NCBI GenBank assembly: GCA_038212275.1
Contig: JBBQUR010000005.1
Span: forward strand, 192,001-256,000
Direction of reading: 5' to 3'
Length of the DNA stretch: 64,000 nucleotides
From: Planctomycetota bacterium
GTDB lineage: Bacteria; Planctomycetota; B15-G4
Shown: positions 24,520 to 35,291 of the stretch, one piece after another
How positions within the stretch are numbered: the first letter of the stretch is position 1
Layout of the letters: every line of letters begins with the position of its first letter
Program-made: the position numbers and the translations under genes
Notes under the pieces: generated by a model
What the model was told of the DNA's origin: nothing
Databases searched by the model: none
The model's input: only the letters and a program-made list of their open reading frames with translations

Positions 24520-25893
24520 ATGGAGACGGGGACGGTCGTCGTGCTGGTCGTGCTTGCCGCCGCCGTGGGCGCGCTGGCCTGCCTGGTCTGGGCGCGGCAG
24601 CGGGCCGCCGCGCAGCGCGAGCAGGATCGCGCGGAGCATGCCGCGGAGTTGCAGCGCGTTCAGGCCGGACACGCGATGGCGCTGGCCGAGGCGAACGCCG
24701 CGCGTGAGCGGGTGCGCGACGAGCTGACGGGCACGGCGGCCCTGCTCACCGAGGCGCGCGTCAAGCTGGAGACGTGGCAGGCGGCGCAGGCCACCGAGGC
24801 GGAGCTGCGCAAGAACGTCGAGAACCAGTTCGAGGCGCTCGCGGCCAAGGTCGTCGCCGCGCAGAGCGAGGAATTCCTGAAGAGCGCCGGCGCGACACTG
24901 GAGCAGCGCAGTGCGGCCATCGCCGCCTCGCTCGCGCCGTTCAAGGAGCAGCTCGACAAGCTGGCGGCTGGCACGCAGGCGCTGGAGACCAAGCGCGAGG
25001 GCGCCTACGGCGAGATCCGGCAGCACCTGACGAACCTCGCGCAGACCACGCAGTCGCTGCAGGCGAGCAGCACGACGCTGCTGACGGCCCTGCGCACGGG
25101 CAGCAGCGCGCGCGGCCGCTGGGGCGAGATGCAGCTTCAGAACATCGCCGAGCTGGCCGGCATGACGAAGCACTGCGACTTCGAGACGCAGGTGGTGCTC
25201 AAGGACGGCAGCCGCCCCGACATGATCGTCAAGCTGCCCGGCGCGGAGGGGCAGATCCCGGTAGATGCCAAGGTGCCGATGGACGCCTACCTGCGCGCGC
25301 TGGAGGCCGCCGACCCCGCGGTGCGGGCGGCCGAGCTGCTCGCGCACGCTGCCGCGCTGCGCAAACACGTGCTCGACCTCGGCCGACGCGACTACGCCGC
25401 GGCGCTCGGCGCACGCGTGGACTACACCGTGCTCTTCGTCCCGGGCGAGCCGATCCTGGCCGCGGCCTTCGAGGCGGCGCCCGAATTGCAGGCCGAGGCG
25501 ATGGAGCGGCGCGTGCTCATCGCGACGCCCGTCACGCTGGTCGCGCTGCTGCGCACGGTGGCGCTCTACTGGCGCCAGCAGAACCTCGCGGAGAACGCCC
25601 ACGTGCTGTGGGACGAGGCGCGCGAGTTCCACAAGCGCGTCACGGTCTTCTTCGGGCACATCGACGGACTCGGGCGCGCGCTCGACTCGGCCATCGACAA
25701 GTACAACAAGGCCGTGGGCAGCTACGAGAAGAAGGTGCTGCCGCAGGGCCGCCGGCTCGAGGAACTCGCGCCTCCGGCCAGCGACGACGGCCGCCTGCCG
25801 GAGCTCGAGCCGCTCGAGGAGCAGGTGCGCACGCTCGCGCCGGCCCGCCGCGATGCCGGCAGCGCCGACGACGTCAGCCTGGAGGCTCGCTGA
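24520..25893 (+). CDS. rmuC: DNA recombination protein RmuC
   Basis: N-terminal TM + coiled coil; RGRWGEMQL, RPDMIVKLP, VDAKVP, VLFVPGE, ATPVTL.ALL. Confidence 0.93.
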   Translation: METGTVVVLVVLAAAVGALACLVWARQRAAAQREQDRAEHAAELQRVQAGHAMALAEANAARERVRDELTGTAALLTEARVKLETWQAAQATEAELRKNVENQFEALAAKVVAAQSEEFLKSAGATLEQRSAAIAASLAPFKEQLDKLAAGTQALETKREGAYGEIRQHLTNLAQTTQSLQASSTTLLTALRTGSSARGRWGEMQLQNIAELAGMTKHCDFETQVVLKDGSRPDMIVKLPGAEGQIPVDAKVPMDAYLRALEAADPAVRAAELLAHAAALRKHVLDLGRRDYAAALGARVDYTVLFVPGEPILAAAFEAAPELQAEAMERRVLIATPVTLVALLRTVALYWRQQNLAENAHVLWDEAREFHKRVTVFFGHIDGLGRALDSAIDKYNKAVGSYEKKVLPQGRRLEELAPPASDDGRLPELEPLEEQVRTLAPARRDAGSADDVSLEAR

Positions 25894-25895
25894 GC

Positions 25896-26432
25896 ATGCT
25901 GCGACGGCTGGTGCTGATCGTCGTGTTGCTGGGTGCGCTCGTGGGGTTGGCCGCGGTGTGGGGCGGCACGCTGCCGGTGGGCCACCGCGCCGCCGTGTCC
26001 GCGCACATCTCCCGCACGCCGGATGTGGTGTTCGACGCGCTCGCGGATTTCCAGGGCTCGCTTGCCTGGCGCAGCGACATCACGGGCATCGAGCGCGTTG
26101 CCGACCGCGACGGCAAGCCCGTGTGGATCGAGCAGGGCTCGCACGGTCCGCTGCCGCTGGAGGTCACCGCCAGCGAGCCGCCGCACCGGCTCCTGCTCAC
26201 GATCCTTCCCGGCGCGGATCTGCCCTTCGAGGGCGCGTGGACGTTCCTGCTGGCGCCGGAGGCCGAAGGCACGCGGCTCACGGTGGTGGAGGAAGGCCGT
26301 GTCCCCAGCCCGCTGTTCCGTGCGCTGGGCAAGCTCTTCTTCGACGAGCACGCAACGATGCGCACGTACGTGCAGGAACTCGGCCGTCATTTCGGCGAAG
26401 TGACCGTGGTGGCCGAGGTGCCCGCACCCTGA
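25896..26432 (+). CDS. SRPBCC / polyketide-cyclase-like protein with N-terminal membrane anchor
   Basis: LPVGH.A, P..VF..L.DF....WR, LPFEGAWTF.L, GTRLT..E.G.V.SPLFR. Confidence 0.78.
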   Translation: MLRRLVLIVVLLGALVGLAAVWGGTLPVGHRAAVSAHISRTPDVVFDALADFQGSLAWRSDITGIERVADRDGKPVWIEQGSHGPLPLEVTASEPPHRLLLTILPGADLPFEGAWTFLLAPEAEGTRLTVVEEGRVPSPLFRALGKLFFDEHATMRTYVQELGRHFGEVTVVAEVPAP

Positions 26433-26435
26433 CGC

Positions 26436-29400
26436 TCAGGGCAGCGTGAGCGTCGCGGCGTTCTTCGCGTTGGCCGACTGGTTGTAGAAGAAGTCCGGCG
26501 TGTCGCCGCCGAAGCCGATGAAGAAGGCGTCGGCCGTGGCGGTGCTGCCGATGTAGGCCGGGCTGAGCGTGAGCATTGTCGGCGCGGCGGGGGTGTAGGG
26601 CCCCAGCGTGAACGTCGCCACGCCGGCGGCATTCGTGCGCTGCGTGGGGAAGAAGTCGGCGCCGCCGAGGTCGCCGGCCCAGAGCGCGCGCACCGGCGCA
26701 TCGTTCACCGGGAGGCCGGCGTGATCCACGACGGTGATCGTGCCCGTCACGGTGAAGGGCCCGCTGCCCGAGGTCTGCAGCGTGATGTCGGCGACGTGAT
26801 AGAGCGGCGGCTCCGTCGTGAAGCTGCCTTCCGCGATGCCCGCGTTGCCGCTGCGATCCGTCGCCGTGACGCGCCAGAAGAGCAGCGTGCGCGCGGGCAG
26901 GTCGGTGAGGATGACGTCGTGCTCCGAGCGCAGCGCGACGTCGGCCACGGCGGGAAGCGTGTAGTTGCCGGCGGCGAGGCCCAGCTCCACGAGCAGCATC
27001 GCCGGCTCGTCGCAGGCCGCGTGCAGCGTGGCCGTGTCGGTGAAGACGTCGAGCGCCGACGCGGTCAGGAACTGCGGCGCCGTCGTATCGCCTGGCAGCG
27101 TGGCATTGCCGACCAGCGGGTTGCCGCCCGCCAGCAGCTCGACGCTGTCGGCGAAGCCGTCGCGGTCGGTGTCTGCGCTGTCCGGGCTGGTTCCGGTGCC
27201 CCGCTCGATGCCGTCCGGGATGCCGTCCTCGTCGCGGTCGATGCCCAGGCGCACGGCCATGCCGGGCGGCACGCAGGTGAAGGTCGCGAGCATCTTGCCC
27301 GTGGTGATCGCACCCACGATGGGGCCGCGCGGGATCCAGCGGCCGGTGTCGGTCTGGTAGCGGAACTCCTGGCTGAGCGGGTCGAAGCCGAAGCGCAGGC
27401 CCACCGGCACGCGGGCGCCGCCGGGCAGCAGCAGCTGCGTCTTGCCGATGAGCTCCACGGCGGGCGGCGACAGCTCGGCCTGGCCTTCCGCGAGATCGAG
27501 CCAGTCGTACAGGCCCGAGTAGTCGCTCGCGTCGGCGCTGAACTGCTGGCCGACAAGCGGCGAGAGGCCCGTGTCCCAGCCGCGCACGAAGGTGGCGATG
27601 GCGTCGCGATCAGCGGCCGTCAGCAACGGGAAAGCCGGTGCGCCGTTGGGCGGCACGAAGTCCAGGAATTCGTCGAGGCCGTTCAGCGCGCCGTCGTGCA
27701 GCGTGCCGAAGCCGGTGAGCGTGGGGAACTCCTTCTCGTAGGTGCCGCGGAGCTGCGCGGTGTTGAAGAGCTGGCCCTCGCCGTCGAAGTTCACCGTCGC
27801 CTGCGAGCCCGTGAAGTCCGTGCCGTCGGTGAAGTTGCCCTTGTGGCAGTCGATGCAGGTCACGTTGCCTGGAATGGCGTTGTTGTATTCCTTGCCCGGC
27901 ACGAGCGGGTTCATGCCGAAGAGGTCGCGGCCCGTCGCGGCGATGCCGGTGTAGACGCGGTCCTTCGGTTCGTGCGGGTTGGGCGGCCAGGTCAGCGAGC
28001 GCACGAAGCTGGAGAACTCCTGCATGTCGCCGGCGCTGATGCCGCTGCCGCCGAGCAGGCCCTCGAAGGCGCCGCGGAACAACTGCAGGAATCGGCGATC
28101 GCCGCGCCAGTGCAGCGGCACCGCGCCGCCGCTGTCCAGACCGCGCAGCGACTGCGTGGTCATCGGGCCCTTGAGCGGGTGCGTCATGATCGAGGTCTTC
28201 AGCGCGAGCTTCGCGCTGTCGAAGCCGAGCGTGCCGGTCATCGCGTCGTCGTAGAAGTAGCCGAGCGCGCCCTGTGGATTGCCGAGGTCCCACGCGAGCT
28301 GATCCATGTGCCCGAAGACGTGGCACGACGCGCAGCTGAAGTTGCCCGTGCCGGCGCCGGTGACGGCGCTCGCGTCGTAGAGGTGACGCCGGCCGACGGC
28401 CACGCCCTGCGGCTCGGGGTCCACGGCCAGTGCGCGCGGCCGGCCGACCGGTGTCAGCGTGGCGCCGAGGTCGAACGCGACCAGCCGCTTGTCGCCGCGC
28501 GTGAAAACGTAGAGCAGCGCGTGCTCGTCGTCCACGGCGAGCCCGGTCGGCAGCGAGCCGACGGAGACTTCCTGCAGCAGCTGGCCGGTGGCGGCGTCGA
28601 GCACGAGCAGCGTGTCGTCGCCGAGGCAGGCGACGAAGGCGCGCGCTCCGGACGCGCCGGTGCTGAAGGCGATGGCGACGGGCTGGGCGTGCTGAGCGGT
28701 CGTCGTCGGCGGCGCGAGCACGATGCGCTGCAGCAGTGCACCGCCCGGCGCCATGATGGAGATTGCATTGTCGAAGGCCGCGCCCGAGAGCACCGGCTCG
28801 AAGCGCGTGCGGTTGTGCGCGAGCTGAGCGGCGACCCACAGCGCGCCGGTCACCGGGTTGCGCTCCAGCGCCAGCAGCGTGCTGCCCGCGTCGGTGGAGA
28901 GCGCCGGCAGCAGCGCGCCGGTGGCCGGGTCGATGCCGATCACGTCGCGGTCGGCCAGCTGCGGCACGAAGCCGGGATACTCGCTGTCGAAGACGATGCG
29001 CGAGGTCTGCGGGATGGCCCAGCCGAACACGCCGAAGTTCTGGTTGAGCCACGCGAGCGTGGAGAGCTGCGGCAGCGTCAGCACGGCATTCGTCGCGAAG
29101 GGCAGGTCAAAGGCATCCAGCGTCAGCTGGCTCAGCCCGAGCGTGGCGGTCTGCGACACGTCCAGCACGGTGGTGTGGTTGCCGGAGTTCTGCGGGATGA
29201 CCCACACGGCGCCGTCGGCCTCGGCCAGGGCGCGCGGCTTGTGGCCCGGCACCGCCACGCGCTGCAGCACCGCGTACGGCGGCGAGGCGGAGGCGATGAC
29301 CACGGCGTTCTCGACGAAGCTGCCCGGCTCGGTGAACGAGTCGGCCTGCGCGGAGCGGGCCGTGGCGACGAAGAGCCTGTCGCCGATGACCAGCACGTCC

Positions 29401-29840
29401 TGCGGTTCATCGCCGATCGCGATCGTGTGCGTGACGACGTGGTTGAGCGTGTCCACGACGGAGATGCTGTCGGAGAGCAGGTTGGCGACGAAGAGCGTGT
29501 GCGGCCGGCCGGGGTGCAGCGTCATCGACACCGGCTCGAGGCCGGTGAACACGGCGCCGGTGTTGCGCAACTGCGGCACGCCGTCGCGGCCGATGTTCGT
29601 GTCCCAGATTTCCACGCGGTGGTCGGGCGTGTTCAGCACGAAGAGCTGGCTGCCGTCGGGCGAGAGCCGCAGCGCGTGCACCGCGCCCGACTCGAAGTTG
29701 GGGAAGGGCGCAGTGGCCATCGACTCCACGGCGCCGTCCTGCGCGGTGGCCGCCGGGAGCAGGCTGAGCGTGGCGGCGAGGGCAAGCGCCAGGGAGGTCA
29801 ACGGGAGCCGCAGCGACGGGCCGGCGGGGCGATGGATCAT
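26436..29840 (-). CDS. Secreted YVTN-like beta-propeller + di-heme cytochrome c (bCcP/MauG-like) protein with Ca-binding DxDxDG repeats, FN3-like and Ig-like C-terminal domains
   Basis: GGAG RBS and signal peptide; propeller blades ([24 protein letters not shown]); CASCH and [36 protein letters not shown] repeats. Confidence 0.8.
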   Translation of the reverse strand: MIHRPAGPSLRLPLTSLALALAATLSLLPAATAQDGAVESMATAPFPNFESGAVHALRLSPDGSQLFVLNTPDHRVEIWDTNIGRDGVPQLRNTGAVFTGLEPVSMTLHPGRPHTLFVANLLSDSISVVDTLNHVVTHTIAIGDEPQDVLVIGDRLFVATARSAQADSFTEPGSFVENAVVIASASPPYAVLQRVAVPGHKPRALAEADGAVWVIPQNSGNHTTVLDVSQTATLGLSQLTLDAFDLPFATNAVLTLPQLSTLAWLNQNFGVFGWAIPQTSRIVFDSEYPGFVPQLADRDVIGIDPATGALLPALSTDAGSTLLALERNPVTGALWVAAQLAHNRTRFEPVLSGAAFDNAISIMAPGGALLQRIVLAPPTTTAQHAQPVAIAFSTGASGARAFVACLGDDTLLVLDAATGQLLQEVSVGSLPTGLAVDDEHALLYVFTRGDKRLVAFDLGATLTPVGRPRALAVDPEPQGVAVGRRHLYDASAVTGAGTGNFSCASCHVFGHMDQLAWDLGNPQGALGYFYDDAMTGTLGFDSAKLALKTSIMTHPLKGPMTTQSLRGLDSGGAVPLHWRGDRRFLQLFRGAFEGLLGGSGISAGDMQEFSSFVRSLTWPPNPHEPKDRVYTGIAATGRDLFGMNPLVPGKEYNNAIPGNVTCIDCHKGNFTDGTDFTGSQATVNFDGEGQLFNTAQLRGTYEKEFPTLTGFGTLHDGALNGLDEFLDFVPPNGAPAFPLLTAADRDAIATFVRGWDTGLSPLVGQQFSADASDYSGLYDWLDLAEGQAELSPPAVELIGKTQLLLPGGARVPVGLRFGFDPLSQEFRYQTDTGRWIPRGPIVGAITTGKMLATFTCVPPGMAVRLGIDRDEDGIPDGIERGTGTSPDSADTDRDGFADSVELLAGGNPLVGNATLPGDTTAPQFLTASALDVFTDTATLHAACDEPAMLLVELGLAAGNYTLPAVADVALRSEHDVILTDLPARTLLFWRVTATDRSGNAGIAEGSFTTEPPLYHVADITLQTSGSGPFTVTGTITVVDHAGLPVNDAPVRALWAGDLGGADFFPTQRTNAAGVATFTLGPYTPAAPTMLTLSPAYIGSTATADAFFIGFGGDTPDFFYNQSANAKNAATLTLP

Positions 29841-29900
29841 GGCGGCACTCCAGTGGCTTGGCTGCGTCACGCGCAGGCAGCGTGGGCGGGGTCGCGGGCG

Positions 29901-29981
29901 CGTGTGGCCCGTGTGGTGCGTGTGGTGCGTGTGGCCCGTGTGGCCCGTGTGGCTCGTGTGGCTCGTGTGGCTCGTGTGGCG
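29901..29981. repeat. 9-bp tandem repeat x9 (CGTGTGGNN), in frame with and upstream of the di-heme gene
   Basis: CGTGTGGCC/TG/TG/CC/CC/CT/CT/CT/CG; minus-strand translation [26 protein letters not shown]. Confidence 0.9.
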
Positions 29982-30026
29982 GGGCATTCTAACGCCCGCG
30001 GGTCGATGGGTCGTCAGGGCGCGGAC

Positions 30027-32344
30027 TCAGCTTGCTGCGGGCAGGATCCATTCCGCACAGAGGACGACCGTGTTGTACAGGGCGTGCGCCAGCATCGGCG
30101 CGAGCAGCATGCCCGTGGCGTCGTAGGCCAGCGCGGCGGCGATGCCGAGGCCGAGCACCGGCAGGAAGGAGACCGGCCCGTGGCACATGGCGAACAGCCC
30201 CGCGCTGCCGAGCACGGCCGGCCAGCGCCCGAGGGTTCGCCGCAGGCCGCCGAAGATGAGCCCGCGGAAAATGAACTCCTCGAACACGGGCGCAGCCAGG
30301 ATGGCCAGCGGCGTGATCCACCCGGCCATGTCGACGAAGGCGACGGCATGCTGCTGCAGCAGCTCCTGCAGCGCGGGAATGCGCTGCGCGACGGCGAGGT
30401 AGCCGACGCCGCACACCGCGGCACCCGCGCCGGCCAGCAGCCCGATGCCGGCCGCGCGCGCCTTGCGCGGCCCGAAGTACGCCGGCACGCCGAGCGACTT
30501 CAGCTTCGCGAAGGCGATGATCATCGCGAAGTACGTGACCGCGCCGGAGACGGCGAAGGCGATGAAGATGGCCGGGCCGATCGCGACGCGGTCGGTGCTC
30601 ATGACGGCCAGCATCACGACGCCCTGCAGCACGAAGAAGAGCAGCGCCGCCACCAGGCCGTCGGCCAGCGACACGTGCGCGGGCGGCTTCGCGGTGGGGT
30701 CGAGCAGGTAGGGGAGTCGGTCGCGGACCTTCTGCCAGAGCGCGAAGGCCAGCGACGCGCAGAGCAGCATGAGCGTGAGCCGCTGCCAGAGCGAGGCCGA
30801 GTAGATCGCGTACGTGTACAGCGACGCCAGCAGCATGAAGAGGTATGCCGAGCTGCCGCGCACGCGTCGCTGCACCTCCTGCGAGAGCGGGTCGCTGCCG
30901 AGGACGCCGATGCACACCGCCAGCGTGGCGTAGACCGGCACGCCAAGCAGCACGACCGCCAGCAGCGACGCCGTCTCGCCGGTGAGCCCGCCGCGCAGGA
31001 AGAAGGCGAACATCGCCAGCGGGTAGATGAGCGTGATGAGGCCCCACAGGCGCGCCTTCTGGCGCAGCAGCACGTCGAGCGGGACGGGGACGGTGTACAG
31101 GATCCAGAGCGCGTGGCCCTCGGAGTTGAGCGTCTGGAAGGCCGAGAACATGAGCACGTAGGCCGCGAGTCCGAAGGCCATGGCGGCGAGGTGCGCCGGC
31201 TCCTCGCCGAGCGTGTCGAGCAACCGCGCATTGAAGAAGAACTGCGCGCCGATGATCACGACGGGCAGCACGAGCGTCTGCACGAGGAAGTTGCGATCGC
31301 GCAGCAGCAGCTTGATCTCGCGAGCCTGAATGGCCGTGAGCCAGCGGCGTGCGCCGGTCCGAGCGACGGGCCTCGGGGCGCTGCGCGCCGACTCGCGGCC
31401 GCCGTGGGCGACGATGCCCCGCGAGAGCAGGTGCTCGACGCCGAGCATGATGAGGGTCACGACGACGCCGACCTGCGCGAGCAGCAGTCCGCCGGGCAGC
31501 AGCGCGGCGCGTGCGTCGCGCGCGGCGAGCACGTCGATGATCAGGCCCGTGGGCAACCAGTGGACGGCGGCGGGAAGCGAACGCGCCCAGCGAAGCACGA
31601 AGGAGTCGGGCGAGATGCTCGCCGACAGCGCCAGGTAGAACATGGCCAGTCCGACGATGGCGAGCACCGCCTGCAGGTTGCGCAGGCCTCCGGGCTGCAG
31701 CCGCACGCGGACGCCGGTGTCCACCGCGAGTCGCAGGGCGCCGAGCAGCAGCAGCAGCGGCAGCGCGAGCGCCAGCCCGATGAGCGGCGCCACCCAGCCG
31801 GCACCGCGCTGCCAGGCGAGTACGGCGAGAAACGGCACCATGAAAAGCACGGCCGACGGATTGATGAAGGTGCGCTCGAGCAGCCGCACGCCGAGCAGCG
31901 TGCGCCGCGGAATCGGCAGCGTGACCAGCCACTCCATGTCCCACTCGGCCGCGGCCAGCTCCTTGGCGCCGAGGCTCATGGCCAGCGACGCCACCGCGAT
32001 GAGCGACAGCACCAGGATGAAGCCGTCGGTCACGCCCGGCGAGAAGATGTCGAGGCCCGGCGGCGCGTCCAGTGCGCGGAAGCTGCGCTCCCAGCGCAGC
32101 TCGCCCGCGTCCTCGGGCACGGCGAGCTGCAGGCGCACGTTGTGCACCGCGCTCCATGCCACGAAGGTGGCGTAGCCGACCATCACCAGGCTGAGGATCG
32201 TCGCCAGCGTGGCGCCGCCCTGCTTGGGCGCCGTGGCGCCGCGCGGTCCGCCCGCGCTGCTCTTCCTGCGCATGAAGCGCGAGCCGAGCATGTTGAGCAG
32301 CCGCCGCAGCCGCAGCCGCAGGAGCAGCGACGCGGCGCGCAGCA

Positions 32345-32348
<4 letters not shown>
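30027..32348 (-). CDS. ABC exporter permease fused to CPBP (Abi/CAAX-protease-like) intramembrane protease
   Basis: Many TMs, REIKLLLRD; C-terminal APVFEEFIFRG, FAMCH, AHALYN CPBP motifs; ATGA overlap with ABC ATPase. Confidence 0.85.
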
Positions 32349-33094
<746 letters not shown>

Positions 33095-33240
33095 CGCGCG
33101 CGTCTCTCCCTTGCGGCTCGCCACGAGCTTCGTGGCGCCCGACGAGCCGGCAGGGCGCACACGCTAACACGAAGCGGGGGAGTCCGGACCGGTCCGGCGG
33201 CCCGGCGCGCGGCGCGGCGCGTGGTGCGCGGCGCGCACGC

Positions 33241-33277
33241 GATGCACGGAATGGATGCACGGAATGGATGCACGAAA
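33241..33277. repeat. 13-bp tandem repeat (about 2.8 units)
   Basis: GATGCACGGAATG x2 + GATGCACGAAA. Confidence 0.75.
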
Positions 33278-33298
33278 GGCGCGAAATGCACGGGGCGC

Positions 33299-33328
33299 TT
33301 CAAGCGGCGGGTGCGGGCTTGGTACCGT
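33299..33328 (+). promoter_or_regulatory. Putative sigma70-type promoter of leaderless mscS
   Basis: TTCAAG-18 nt-TACCGT with upstream TG, ending 6 nt before ATG 33335. Confidence 0.5.
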
Positions 33329-33334
33329 GGCCCG

Positions 33335-35044
33335 ATGCACCTCGCCCGACACTCCGGATCGCTGAAGCACGCCTTCGGACTTGCCTGCGCGCTGCTCGTC
33401 GCCCTGTGCGCCTTCGCGACGGCGGCCGCAGCGCAGCACGCTCCCTCCGCGGCACAGGCACCGGCACCGGCACCGGCACCGGGGACCGCGGCATCAGGGA
33501 CCGCGATGCCGTCCGAAGCGCCACCGACCTCCGATGGCACGCAGGCCGCGCTCAAGGAAGCTGCGCTCGACTCTCCGCGCGCCGTCCTCGTGCAGTACCT
33601 CGAACTGGCGCGTGCGGGCCGTTACGAGGAGGCAGGCCGCTACCTCGAGCTGCCGCCGGAGCAGGCGGCGACGCCCGGAGAGGCCGCCCGCGTCGCGCGC
33701 CGGCTGAAGGCCGTGCTCGACCGGCACGTGTGGTTCGACCTCGAGCAGGTTTCGCCCGAGGCGGAGGGCGATCTGGCCGACGACCTCGCGCCGAACTCCG
33801 AGGAGCTCGGGCGCGTGCCGGGCCTGGGCGGCGTGCCCGAGCCCGTGCGCCTCACGCGGCAGGACGACGGCGCGCAACCGGCGTGGCGCTTCTCGCTGGC
33901 CACCGTCGGGCAGGTGGACTCGTGGTTCGCGCGGTTGCCGGATCGCTGGGTGACCGAGCACCTCCCGGAGGTGCTGCTGTCCCCCGGCCCCGGTGACCTG
34001 CTCTGGTGGCAGTGGCTGGCCTTTCTGGTGCTCGTCATCATCGCCTTCGTCTTCGGCCGCCTCTTCGGCCGCGTGTCACGCGCCGTGCTCGGCCGGCTGG
34101 CGGCGCGCACCACGGTCACGTGGGACGACGAACTCATCGCCCGCACCCGCGGCCCGGTCGCCCTCGTGTGGGCGCTCGCGATCCTCTACGCGCTCTCGCC
34201 GTGGCTGGGGCTCTACCAGCCGGGTCGCGACCTGCTCAACCGCAGCCTGCACGTCGGCCTGTTCGTGGCCTTCTTCTGGTCGCTCGTGCGTGCCGTGGAC
34301 ATCGCGGGGCAGGTCACGCTGCAGAGCGCGTGGCTGACGGCGCATCCGGGCGCGCGCTCGCTCGTGCCGATCGCGCGGCGCGTCGTCAAGGTGCTCGTGT
34401 TCGGGCTTGCGGTGGTGTCGGTGCTCAGCCAGCTCGGCTTTCCGGTGGCCTCGCTCATCGCAGGACTCGGCCTCGGCGGCCTGGCGCTCGCCCTCGCCGC
34501 GCAGAAGACCGTCGAGAACCTCTTCGGCGCATTCACGATCAGCATGGACCAGCCCTTCCGCGAGGGCGATGCCATCCGCGTGGGCGACAAGGTTGGCGTG
34601 GTCGAGGCCATCGGACTGCGCAGCACGCGCGTGCGCACGGTGGAGCGCACGTTGCTCGCGATCCCGAACTCGCACCTGGCCGAGATGCAGGTGGAGAGCC
34701 TGGCCGCGCGCGACCGCATGTGCCTGATGACGACCATCGGGCTGGTGTACGGAACGACCGAGTCGCAGCTGCGCAGCGTGCTGGCCGGCTTCGAGGCGAC
34801 GCTGCGCGACCAGCCGAAGATCTGGCCCGACGCCGTGATCGTGCGCTTCAAGGAATTCGCGGATTCCTCGCTGAATCTCGAGGTGCTCTGCTGGTTCCAG
34901 ACCTGTGACTTCAACGAGTTCCGCGACATCCGGCAGGACGTCCTGCTGAAGTTCATGGCCACCGTCGAGCAGGCCGGCACCAGCTTCGCGTTCCCGACGC
35001 GCACCGTGCACGTGGTGGGCGCGCCGGCTCCGCCGGCACGCTGA
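33335..35044 (+). CDS. mscS: Small-conductance mechanosensitive channel with N-terminal periplasmic domain
   Basis: SLIAGLGLGGLALALAAQKTVENLF, PFREGD, GVVEAIGLRSTR, IPNS, FAFPTRTV. Confidence 0.93.
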   Translation: MHLARHSGSLKHAFGLACALLVALCAFATAAAAQHAPSAAQAPAPAPAPGTAASGTAMPSEAPPTSDGTQAALKEAALDSPRAVLVQYLELARAGRYEEAGRYLELPPEQAATPGEAARVARRLKAVLDRHVWFDLEQVSPEAEGDLADDLAPNSEELGRVPGLGGVPEPVRLTRQDDGAQPAWRFSLATVGQVDSWFARLPDRWVTEHLPEVLLSPGPGDLLWWQWLAFLVLVIIAFVFGRLFGRVSRAVLGRLAARTTVTWDDELIARTRGPVALVWALAILYALSPWLGLYQPGRDLLNRSLHVGLFVAFFWSLVRAVDIAGQVTLQSAWLTAHPGARSLVPIARRVVKVLVFGLAVVSVLSQLGFPVASLIAGLGLGGLALALAAQKTVENLFGAFTISMDQPFREGDAIRVGDKVGVVEAIGLRSTRVRTVERTLLAIPNSHLAEMQVESLAARDRMCLMTTIGLVYGTTESQLRSVLAGFEATLRDQPKIWPDAVIVRFKEFADSSLNLEVLCWFQTCDFNEFRDIRQDVLLKFMATVEQAGTSFAFPTRTVHVVGAPAPPAR

Positions 35045-35145
35045 GCACCCGCGGTTCCGGCCGCCCCTGCGGCATCGTGTCGCGGCGGACGCTCTCCGCG
35101 CGGGCTGGCTCCGGGTCAGGGAACTCGCCGCGCGCTGCTTCGCCC

Positions 35146-35184
35146 GGTGTGTGATGTTGAGGCACTGCCTCTAAAGAACACACC
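35146..35184. repeat. Imperfect palindrome, copy 2 of the GTGTGATGTTGAGGCA-C-TGCCTC element
   Basis: GGTGTGTGATGTTGAGGCA C TGCCTCTAAAGAACACACC (15/19 arm match); 23 nt identical to 58378-58400. Confidence 0.85.
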
Positions 35185-35192
35185 CGCGCGGA

Positions 35193-35260
35193 GCGACCCG
35201 CGCTGGGCGACCCGCGCTGGGCGACCCGCGCTGGGCGAACGCGCCGGGCGAACGCGCCGA
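35193..35260. repeat. 14/13-bp tandem repeat x5
   Basis: GCGACCCGCGCTGG x3 then GCGAACGCGCCGG/A x2. Confidence 0.85.
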
Positions 35261-35291
35261 GGCAGCGCGATCGGGAGCAGTCTTGTGCTGC

